The position numbers were made by a program, and so were the translations under genes. 64,000 nucleotides of DNA from Vitrella brassicaformis CCMP3155 (lineage: Eukaryota; Protista; Chromerida), in NCBI GenBank assembly GCA_001179505.1, contig CDMY01000603.1, forward strand, positions 1 to 64,000, read 5' to 3'. The notes beneath the pieces were generated by a model. The model ran no database searches and was not told the DNA's origin. It saw only the letters and a list, made by a program, of their open reading frames with translations. Below are positions 11,111-21,797 of the stretch, one piece after another (the stretch's first letter is position 1; every line of letters begins with the position of its first letter).

Positions 11111-14100
11111 CTACCAGATGACCGTTGTGAGCGACCAGTCCGGCACGCCCACCCCCTTCCACCACGACCACAGCCCATCCTTCCTACCCTCGCCACCGTG
11201 ATGGCCCCCGCCAGGTGGCCTCGTGTGGGCCACCGGCTCGGCCACGTCGATCCACTCACTGATGGATGGGTGCTGGCTGTCGTGTGCGTGTGTAGGGTGT
11301 GTGCGGTGTGAGGGGAGGTCGAGCACCTCCATGTCGTCGGGCGGCATGTCCGACATGCACCGCACGGGAGAGGGGTCGGTGCAGGGGGAGGGGGGGAGGG
11401 AGTGGCTGGAGGACGCACTGACACACACACATGACCGCACACACGAGGGGAGAGTGATGCGTCATGATAGATGAGTATCTGTCCGTGTCTCTGTCTGTGC
11501 GGTGAATGTTTGGGAGCTCACTGTGGCCGTTGTGCCGACGCTCTGCGCAGGATGCTGCCATCGAGGAACGACAGGAACTCCAAAAACTCCCTTCACACAT
11601 ACACACACACACGAACGAGACACACACATCATCGACGAGCCGACCTTCCCCCACATCATCGACGAGCCGACCTTCCCCCAACTCTCTCTCTCTCTGTCCC
11701 CCAGCAGGCACCTGAAGTCGGCGACATCTTTGAAGTAGAATGCGAGTGCCAGGCCTGGGTTGAGTTCCCTGGCGTGCATCTTGAGTGGCGGGGCCGAGTA
11801 GAGGGCCTCCCTGGCCTCAGACACCCGCGTGACGGCCGGTTTGACGCCATGCGGGTCGAGGTAGAACAGGGAGTCGCCCTGCCGACCAACGATGTAGTAG
11901 GCCTGACGCGCACGGCCGCCCAACATGCCCACCGACCACCTGCATAGCATACAACACACACACACAAACACACACACAGACAGACAGACAGGTGCCCTTG
12001 TGTCTGTCTGTGGGCGAGGGCGGACTGTAGGCGGTGATTAATGACCTGCATGCGACGAGCTTGAGGAGGTCGGGGAGGAACTTCTCCTCGATTTTCGAGG
12101 AGCCCGTCACACGCGGCACCAGCAGCACTAGCCCTCTCTCACCATCACCATTCTCGCCATTGTCGCTATCGCCGTCCACGGGCTCGCCCACCGCCTCCCA
12201 CCCGCCGTTGCCATCGGTGCCGTCATCGGTGCCCATACACTCGTCCATGAGGGCCTTGTCGTCCAACACACCACAGTCAGCTACATGCGCCAACAGACTC
12301 GCCTGCACACACACACACAGTCAGACAGACAGACAGACAGACGTGTGTTGGGTGGGGTGGCGTGGGGTGGGATGGGGAGGGACTCTGTGTGCGTACGCTG
12401 ATGGGTGGTCTCTGGAGGCACTCTACGATCATGCCGCAGACCTGTGCTGTAGTGAACCAGCACCCAGGGTTCCAGGGCGGGAAACGATACCTCGACCGAC
12501 TGCTGCCGCTGCCGCTAGTGCTCGAAGACGACGACTGGAAATGCGATGGATCGCTGCTACGAACTGATTGATACATACACACACCACAAAAGACAGACGA
12601 CACACACGACACGATGATTGGATGGATGTCGCCTCGCCCTTCACTTTGGATGAATGGTGGTGGGGTGGGGTGGTCTCTTCTTACTGTTGAGTAGTGAGTA
12701 GATCGAGAGCGGTGCCTTTTGTTTGTCGGTGATGTCGAGGAACTTCTCCAGCAGCGATTTCTTGACCTTCTCGTGCTTGCCATGATGGGGGGTGGGCTGG
12801 GCCGCCGAAGCAGATGCATCGCTCGGATACGGTTCGCAACCCAGATGACGCCGCAACACCTGCAACCATGCATACACGACTTACACGTGGCCAATGGTCC
12901 TTTCTCTCCATCCCGTGTGTGTGTGTGTGTGTGTGTGTACCTGCATGATCATCATCTGTCCGCTCCGCACGGCGCACCCCCAGCCCACGTCGCTGGTGAG
13001 GACCTTCATGTGGTGCTCGGGCTCCACCTCGCACCGCAGCATCGGCGACAGGCCCGTGCGGTACGTGAAGTGCTCAATGTCACCAAACAAACGGCGAAAC
13101 GAACGCTCCTCTAGATGGTCCGACGACAGACAGCTGAGGAAACGGAGCACACAATATATGTGCTGGTCTGTCTGTCTGTCTGTCTGTGCGTGTGTGTGTG
13201 GGCCCTACTTGCCAAGCAGGTAGACCTGTCCTGACTGGGAGCCTGTTTTGGGGAGGTGGTGCGGCAGGGCGTGGGCGAGAGCCTCGCGGTATGCGCCATT
13301 GAGCCGGTGCAGCAAGTGCTTCAGATCCGAGTGCTGAGTCACCACACGAGGAGACGAACCCTGTGTGACCACACCACATGACACACACGAGCACGGCAGC
13401 GTGGCCTTCACTCACTCGTCGGTCTTTCTGCAGTCTGGACGGCCGACCTGTGGTTTGTTGCTACTGCCGGTGAGGCTCCTTAGCAGTCCGATGCCCATCC
13501 CCTCCTCACCCTCACCGTTGCCCTCCGTCGCCCCAGATGCCGATGCAGCTGCGGATGTGCCGCCGACCCACTGGCCGGCCTGCATGTTCCACAGCATCCG
13601 CAGCGCACCCGCGCCAGACACGAAACTACCCCCACTGCCACTTCTGCCACCGACGCTCTCTGCTGCTGCTGCTGGAGGAGCATCGCTGGCTGCCGGCTGT
13701 TGGTGGTCGTTGTCACATCCCTCATGGTCGTCGAGGAATGAGTATGAATGGTCATTGGGCGAGGGGAGGGGCGGTGGGGGCGGGGGCGGTGGTTGCTGTG
13801 GTTGCTGTGGCTGCTGTGCTGGTGGCTGTGGCTGTGGCTGTGGCTGTGGCTGTGGTTGTGGTTCCAGGTGCTCGAATTCTTCGATGGATGAGGAGATGAT
13901 GGCCGAGCTCCACATGGCCGCCGACGAGAACTCCATATTGCCACAGCTGTCACTCTCATTGAGTGCCGATGGCTTGCCCAGGTCCTCATAGCTCCGCGAC
14001 AAGTCACGCCGACGCAAGAACTGCTCCCTCAGCGCCGCGGCAGTAGCGGCACTCGTGCTCTCCTGGCCGCCGACGCCCTCTCCCTCTGCCTCAGCCGGGC

Positions 14101-14365
14101 CGTCGCGCTGCTGCTGCCGATCCGCCTGCGCCGAGGAATCGCTCTCCAGCGCATCGCAGATCTCAAAGGTGTCCACAGGTGAGCTCTCGGGGTCGGTCGT
14201 CGGACTGGGAGAGGGAGAGGGGTCGATAGGAGGGGCGGGGGGAGGGGGAGGCGCGACGCACTCGTCAGGCTGCGCTGGCTGCGCAGGGATGTGTGCAGGG
14301 TGCTCCACGAGCGACGCCACGCCGGTCTCTGGCTGCATCTTGACCGTCAGCATAGACGTCGGCAT
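11111..14365 (-). CDS. ATG4: Autophagy cysteine protease ATG4 (peptidase C54) with a long low-complexity N-terminal extension
   Basis: HFTYRTG...TSDVGWGCAVRSGQMM (catalytic Cys), PGCWF, GMLGGRARQAYYIVG, LFYLDPH (Asp-x-His), LNPGLALAFY. The start is the first in-frame ATG of the large exon (14365; 14353 and about 14338 are alternatives). Stop TAG 11111-11113. Confidence 0.9.
11626..11679. repeat. Perfect 2 x 27-nt tandem duplication inside an ATG4 intron
   Basis: acatcatcgacgagccgaccttccccc at 11626-11652 and 11653-11679. Confidence 0.9.
13821..13862 (-). repeat. Coding hexanucleotide repeat (CAGCCA)n encoding a Pro-Gln tract in ATG4
   Basis: + strand ggtggctgtggctgtggctgtggctgtggctgtggttgtgg; translation [15 protein letters not shown]. 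Confidence 0.85.
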
Positions 14366-14520
14366 GACTGAGCAGTGCGTGGATGTCGCGCTTGACAGAG
14401 ATGGCGGCCTGCGGCTCTCTGAGCAAGCAGCACCCTTGTGCCGATGCTCAGGCAGCTGTTTCCGCCATGAGGAGAACGCGGGACAACTGCGAGCTTGGGA
14501 GTGAGGAAAGAGATGACGAG

Positions 14521-15565
14521 ATGGCTGGATCTGAGCTGCTGGCTGCTGTAGAGGAGCTGGTGGGCTGCTATGCGGGCCATCCGAGAGGTAGGTGCATCGA
14601 ATCTGCATCAGCAAAAGGGTGTGAATGAGCCAGAATGCATTGTCGGTTGTGTGTGTTGTGATGCCAGATGTGAGGAAGCGCGTGAGGGAGCTGGATGGCG
14701 AGAAAGGAGAGGAGCTGCTGCTGCTGCTTCTGGACAAACTCAGCACGTAACAGTCGCATCTGTCTGTCTGCAGAACTAATGCAGCATCCATGGTGCTGTG
14801 CTCTTTGTGCCTGCAGCGACATACGCGACGCCCGATCATTGGAATGGGTCAACTCGCTGCTGACATCGAAGATCTCACAGATGGATATCACTGGGCTGTC
14901 CGAGTCGTCGGCCACAGCTGACCCGCCACAAACGGAGGTACGGACTCACTGACTGCCTGATTGACACACACAGACAATTGCCTGTCCATAGCGGGACCGG
15001 TGTTGTGCATGGCCTGGGTGTGGTGTGTTGGTGTGTCTTCCTTTCTCTCAGGTTTTGCAGAGGTTGCACGAGCTCGTGAGTGACAGGGCCGAGAGCCAGC
15101 CGCAGGCACTCAGGTGAGTGAGTCATTTCGCTGGACTGGAGGGTCAATTCACACACAACAGCACCACAGAAACACGCTGTGCTGTGCTGTGCTGTGACTG
15201 TGGCTCCCTCCCTCCCTCCGATATTGCTCAGGCTGAAGGGGCGTCTGGCCAGCCTCGAGTCAGCCGTTCGTCTGAGGTTGAGGCTGCAGTCACAAGACAA
15301 CCTCACGGGCAGCAACACACGGCCGGCCATGAATGAAATGCAAGACCAAGAACAAGACCAGCAGCAGCAGCGAGCTCTCCCTGCCGCTCCGCCTCGCTCT
15401 CGCCTTCCCCTCCCCCCTCCCCCGGCGGCACATCTGCGTCACCATCATCCACAGCAGGTGGTTGGTGCTGGCCGTCCCAAGGTGTTGAGCAAGAGGATCA
15501 GGAAGGCGTCGCCCATCAAGCCGAGGAGCGATGACGAGAAGACATCGGACTCGACCAGTGAGTGA
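14521..15565 (+). CDS. Short protein resembling the Dip2/Utp12 C-terminal domain (Utp5/WDR43-like), 5 exons
   Basis: Phase-consistent exons give VRKRVRELDGEKGEELLLLLLDKLSTDIRDARSLEWVNSLL...VLQRLHELVSDRAESQPQALRLKGRLASL. The LxxWxxxLL and LKGRL spacing recalls the Utp12 domain (from memory). An upstream in-frame ATG exists at 14467. Confidence 0.55.
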
Positions 15566-16255
15566 GTGAATGAGTGACTGAACGATGGATGGATTGACGG
15601 ATGGGTGGGTTGACTTCCGGCATGAATGTGAATACACACGAGTTGGATGGATGGATGGATGGAATGCCATGAGGAAAAAACTTGACTGACCACGTCCGTC
15701 AACGCACTCACCTGAGAGGTCTCACGTCAAGTCATGCACCAGGGGATGAAGGGAGAGAGAGGGAGAGGAACAAACAAGGGCAGCCGGACAGCCAGGCATC
15801 GAGTGTGTCCATCCATCCATCCATCCATCCATCTTTCCGCCCTAGGGAAAAGGCACATTGTGAGAGGCCTTAAACCGCACCGCACCGCACCGCACCGCAC
15901 CCCGGCACACACAGCTAGGTCTAGGACAAAACCATACGCACCATCTACGCCAGCCGTCCATTCATTCATCATCGGCACGCGAAAAACACTCAAAAAGGTC
16001 GTTTGCCGCTATGCAAAGCACCTCTGCGTGTATGTGTTTTGTATATGTAGAAAAGCAATTGAGGCGATCGATAGCGCGGTGCGTACGGACAGTACAGACG
16101 ACTCCGCCCTCACTAACGTACTCACTCATCCACTCATCCACTCATTTCAGTGATCGAATCGAGTGGTCTCACCTCAGCCGACAACTACTGAGCCACCCAT
16201 ACACCCAGCCGGCCACGCAGTCGCTGCTATGCTATGCACCAATGTTGCCTGCCTG

Positions 16256-18605
16256 TCACTTTTGTGAGAGTGGTGTGAATGTGAGTGACACGTATGGGTA
16301 GTACTCGCCGCCCTCCATCTCGTGACCCTCCGCACCACCAGCGCCACCTGGAGACACACACTCACACTCACACTCACGCACGCGCCACCATACCAGACAG
16401 GAAGTGTCTGTCTGGGTGTGGCTCACATGACTAAGTACGCACCTGCGTATGATTTGCCGAATGAGCCCGAGGAGGTGAAGAGTGTCTCGAGCTCCTGACG
16501 CAACCTCTTCTCGTTGCGGCCCGTCGGCTGCAGTCATTGCAATACACACAGATAAAGACACACCACGACAGACAGACATGCTTCATGTGATGTGCATTAG
16601 TCTGTGTGGTTTGTGTGGCGCACTGCAGGCCGTGTGTGTGTTGTGTTTACCATGAGAAAGAAGGCCGCGATCTTTGGTGGCAGACCGAACCGCAACACCG
16701 CCTCGACAAACACTCTGCATACACCAGTCCACGCACGGAGCGTCCCCGACACACGCATGTGTGCCTGCCTGCCTGCCTGCCTCTTAAAATAGGTAGGTAC
16801 CTTATTGCCTTGAGGTGAACCCATGCAATGAAGACATCTGAGAAGTTCGCCTCACACACGCGCTTCAGAAACGACTGCACCAAGCAACCACACACACACA
16901 CAGAGAGAGAGAGAGAGACGTCTGGTGTGACTGGTGGACGGGAGGATGCCTGAATGGAGTGTGCGCGTGTGTGCATCGCAATGGTGCGTGCCTCGTTTTT
17001 CTTGAGTTCTTGTTCGATGCGCGCCCGTTCGGTCTTGCGGTGGTTGTACGCCTCGACGGAATAGGTGAAGTCGCGCACTATAAACCTGACGCAAACAAAC
17101 ACACAGCACACGAACGAAGATGGCAAATGGAGAGGGACTGTGCGTGGCGGACTTTCCCCTCCCTCTCTCCCTCTCTTCACCCCTATATATTCACTTATTT
17201 ACCTGTTTTGTCTGGCGGTCGACTTGAAGTCCTCGGCGCTCTTCTTCATGACGACAACACGCCACAGCGTGTTGCCCTCGCGATCCTCAGGCGGCAGCTT
17301 CCTGCACACACATTGGCCACCCACACACATACACATACACATGGATGGATGGATGGATCCCTCTTGCTGTGCCAAGTTGCCTCCTTTCGCGACTGACTGT
17401 GAAGATCTCGGCACGACGTGTTCGTCGAGGCCTTCGTACTTCTCCAGCCACTCCTTGTCCTGACCCCTGCAGGCACACACGCAGAGACGTACACACGTAT
17501 CTTGATCTGATCTGATCTGATGTGTGTGCTGAGTGTGTTCGTTGATTGACAGACCTTGGCACGACGACCACGAGTGTGGTGAGGTACTCTGACTCGATAA
17601 AGTCGCTCTCCTTGACCACCTCGGGCGTCAACACGTCGATCAGGTCACGCTGCGACAGGTTGCCACTGATCGACACGCAAACACAACAACACACGGACAC
17701 CAACAAACACACACACACGGTAGGTACCGTGAGTGTGCGGACATCGATCTCCATCCATCCATCCATCCATCTGTCTGTTCCTGATTCCTGAGTGCGCACC
17801 CCTCCTTCTTGGCGACTTGTGAGGCCTGTTGTTTGAGGTCGTTGAAGGCCGCAGACTTGAGACGCAGCTCCTCGTCTATCTTGCCCACAGACTGACAGAC
17901 AGGGGGCGGGGCGGGGGGGAATCACATGCATCGCACACCACACCACACAGCCCGGGACACTTGTATGAGTGTGTGTGGGTCCCTCCTTGTCTCTCTCTGT
18001 CCATGTGGGTCGGTACTGCTAGTATGAGTTGGATGAGTTCGGTGACGTGTGTCTTCTTGGGGAACTTGGCCTCGTCCCACACAAAACGACGCAAATAGTC
18101 GTCAACAGTCGCTGATCACACACACACACACACACACGCGGACGCCACACACACACGTGTCACATAGATGGTATCCTCCCATCATTGCCGCGTACCAGTG
18201 GTTCGTTGTGCCATGATTTTGAATTGTGTGTTTGGGTCGATTTCGAGCAGCTGCCGCTCCACCCGCCTCAGGACGCTCTCCGCCATGGTGTCGTGCTTGG
18301 CCAACTCGTCCACCACCTTGATCAAACTATCAAACGTACCCACCTGCACAACCACAAAGAAACACACACAGAGAGACCCATGCACACACACATGCATTGC
18401 CCTGCCCTTGTGTTGTGTGCTGGCTGGCTCCTCTGTGTGTGTCTTTGTGTGTCTGCCCGGTGCCTTGCGTCACCTTGAGTGAGTCGGGGACGTCGAGGAC
18501 GAAAAGGTCTGATGCGAGTTGTGGGACGATTCTGCTCTTGAGTACGCTGAAGATGGAGTCGCGGCTCTCATCCTTGGAACTGCACGCAACTATCCAAAAC
18601 GACAT
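16256..18605 (-). CDS. VMA5: V-type proton ATPase subunit C
   Basis: LDVPDSLKVGTFDSLIKVVDELAKHD, RRFVWDEAKFP, GNLSQRDL, ESEYLTTLVVVVPR, VPRSSQ, FIVRDF, FSDVFIAWVHLKAIR, VFVEAVLRFGLPP, C-terminal EYYPYVS. ATG 18605; stop 16256-16258. Confidence 0.96.
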
Positions 18606-18823
18606 CGGTCAAGTGGGAGGGACTCTGCTGATTGATGAGGAGGGAGAGGGACGGAGGATGGGTGAGGAGATGAGTTGGACGCCAGGGGCTCTTGGAAGGC
18701 CGCTGATCTGCAGGTGAGGCCGGTGATCTACAGCTCCACAGGCCCTCTGGAGCAACCCGATATCAGGCTCGCCTCGCAGGACATTCCGTGAAACTGCTGG
18801 TAGAAAGAGAAAGGAAAAGGTGT

Positions 18824-20899
18824 ATGGCTGGCGCAGAGACGAGGGCCAAGGCTCTTGAGGCGCTCTCGGGTCTGTACTCGCGCTTTCAGCAGACTGCCGA
18901 CGCACTCAAGGAGAGCACTGAGGCGGCTGCCGCCGTGAGTGAGAAGGACATGGGCAAGGCCAAGGACAAGGAGGAGGGTGGTGACAAGAAGGAGGCTGAT
19001 GCTGACGCGGGTACTTACTGTACGGATGCATGTGAACTGTAGCTGGACGGTCTGCTGCATTTGTTTTGTCTACTCTGCTGGCTGAGTGGCTCCATTGAGT
19101 GTGTCAGGTCCTCCGAAGCGTCAGAAGGTGCGTGAGGCCGGCCTGGGGCTGGGCATAGGGCGTTTCGGGTTCAAGGAGCCCACCAAGGAGCAGGTACTTC
19201 ATATGCACTGCACTTGCACGCAGACGGACGCATATATATATATCCTACATGTGATGTCATGTCATGTGTCCGTGTGTGTGTGTGTGATGTGTGTGTGGTT
19301 AGTTGCGCGAAATGTTGATCAAGGAGGAGAAGCTCCGTTGGCACCTGGTAAGGGATATCTAACTCCCCTTTCTTTCTTCATTTTTCAATTCTTCTCAATT
19401 TCTCTTCTCATTTTGCTTATGTCTGCGCACATTCTCTGTTCCTCTTTTTTCTCTGCCGCGGATTGAAAGGCCACGCACGAGCGCATGAAAAACGCCCGTG
19501 AGTGGCTCGATGTGGCAGAGGAAATCCAGATACAGGCAAGTGATGTGCAGCTGGGTGGGGGGGAGATGGCGCGAATGCACTTGTTTTGAGTCGCGTCGTG
19601 TGTGGGATGGATGGATGGATGGTTGGGTGAGGTGTGTGCAGATAGTGAACGAGTACGGGTACGTTGGCAAGGTGAACGAGTCCTACGCGGCGCACCTGCT
19701 GCGCACCGCCCACGTCAAGTACCCCGACCTCAAGAGCATCTCGGTCTACGCGCGGGAGAACATCGCTCGCGACGGAGAGCTCAAGGCAACCACCAACGAA
19801 CCAACCAACCAACCAACGACCACACACACACACAGGAGATTTATGTGTGGTGGGTGTTTGGTGCAGGAGGGGCAGACAGCCCCGGATGTGCCTTTGCTGG
19901 ACCCTGCGGGTGCGCCCTGTCGTTTGTCGGAGCTGATCAAGGCCACGCAGCAGCGGGAGGGGGGCGGGGGGCCGCTCCCTTTCACACTCATCGTCGCCGG
20001 CTCGCACACCTGACCCCCGTTCCGGGCCAGTAAGCATGCTACTCACACACACACAGACAGACACCTATGAAGCAAGCCCGTGCGTACATGCGTCCGTCAC
20101 GTGTCCGTCGTCCTCGTGTGTGGCGCATCGCATCGCATCAGTCGTTGATCGCCTTAGCGCTATCAAGATGGCCTGGGGGGAGAGGGTGGCGTTTGCGATG
20201 ATATACATCAAGGAGGCGCACGCGGCGGACGTCTGGCCCATAGGCGATCACCTGACCATAGAGCGACCCAACGAACCCAAAAACAACGAGGACCGCATCA
20301 AGAGTAAGCCGCGCCATTAATGCACTGCACTGCACTGCTGGCCCCCTGTCTGTCTGTGAGTGTGTGTACGTTTGGCTGGTCCCTGGCCTGTGTATGTAGA
20401 TGCTCGCGATTTCCTTGACGTGTTTGGCAACTTCACCTGGCCCGTGTACATCGACACCGTAGCCAATGAGTTCGAGAAGGAGTTTGCACCATGGCCGTTC
20501 CGGTGAGGGAATCAGTGGGTGTGGTGTGCGGTGGGAGGGAGGGAGTGCACCCATCCATCCATCCATCCGTCCATCCATCCACCATGCCGTATGTGTGTGA
20601 TTTGGTCAGCTTCTACATCATCGACAGCAGCATGAAGGTCCTGTGGAAGGCCCAGCCCGTCGCAGGTACGGCCGTCAACAAACACAACACACACACACAC
20701 ACACACAAAGTATTAGAGGACACCATCTCCCTGCTTAAATGACTCAGTCCTGTCCTGTGCGGTGTGTGTGAATGTGTGTGTTGGTCTGTCAGATGAGTGC
20801 ACCTACGACACGACGGACAACCCCAACGGCGTCGAGGGCAAGATCAAGGAGCTCCTCGCCGCACACACAGACACACAGCAGGGCCAGGCGACATCATAG
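18824..20899 (+). CDS. Iodothyronine deiodinase-like selenoprotein (372 aa, Sec225 encoded by TGA 20011-20013), 10 exons
   Basis: Exons 18824-19010, 19108-19193, 19303-19347, 19470-19535, 19642-19785, 19867-20029, 20142-20303, 20400-20502, 20610-20665, 20793-20899 are all phase-consistent. Motifs GQTAPD, AGSHT-(TGA)-PPFR, IYIKEAHAADVW, YIDTVAN, APWPFRFYIID. SECIS downstream. Confidence 0.92.
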
Positions 20900-21031
20900 C
20901 TAGCTGTACCTGCGCCATCCATCCATGTGAGAGTGTCTGAGAGAGGCAGAGGGAGGGAGGGGTGTGTGTATCTGGCGCGTCACGTCACGTGTGCCGTGTG
21001 TGCGTGAGGGCGTGGTGCGGTGTGGGTGTGT

Positions 21032-21094
21032 GCGGCGAGTGACGTGGCGGCGGTGAAAGCGCATTTCTGCGCAGCTGCCCCACTGAAGTGCTGC
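21032..21094 (+). promoter_or_regulatory. Type II SECIS element in the 3' UTR of the deiodinase-like gene
   Basis: Helix I GCGGCG/UGCUGC; core G-UGAC (21039-21043) and UGAA (21084-21087); 10-bp helix II with one bulged C; unpaired AAA (21056-21058); apical mini-helix GCGCA/UGCGC closing UUUC. Confidence 0.88.
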
Positions 21095-21797
21095 TGACTG
21101 CCCAGCCTGCCTGCCTGCTGCTGCTGCACGGACACATGTGAGTGGTGGCGTTGGACTCTCTTCTCTCTCCTCTGCCTGCATGCCTGCCTGCATGGCTGCG
21201 TGTGCGTGGCGTGGTGCTTTTTAGTTCCAGGTTGGTTCGTTTTTGCGTATCCATCTATCTATCTATGTATCGTGAGTGTGGGTGTGGTGGGTGTGCATTT
21301 GTTAGTGAGTGGGATGAGCGTGAGCGGACGGACAGCCAGAAGGTCTGTTTTTTCGCAGCAGATGGATGGCTGCAAGCTTACCGATGGATGCATGGATGTG
21401 TAATGCATGTCGATACTTGCAGACATAGAAATAAACAGGTGGACGGCCTGCCTGTCTGTCTGTCTGTCTGACCGGTGTGTGTTGTGCTGCCAGCAATGGG
21501 TGAATGGATGGACCTGAACGAACGAACGAATCAAAGAACGAACGAACGAATGGATGGATGAATGTGGAGAAGACACCGAAAAGACTGTCCGAAGCCAGCC
21601 AGCATCAGCATTGTGCTGGGTTGATTGATTGCAATGAAGTCAGTCAACCAACGATTCGATCGAACGGCCATTTTTGCCGATCGCCTGCCTATCTCTCTCT
21701 GAAAAACAACCATACCATCCATTGCCATGCATTGCCACCAACACCCAACTACAGCCAACCAGTCTCAACACACGCACAGCACATGGATGGATGGCAT

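Noticed and set aside
19464-19466. Second in-frame TGA as another Sec in the deiodinase-like gene
   Set aside because: It lies just upstream of the AAG acceptor at 19467-19469, inside the intron, and is not in a redox-like motif.
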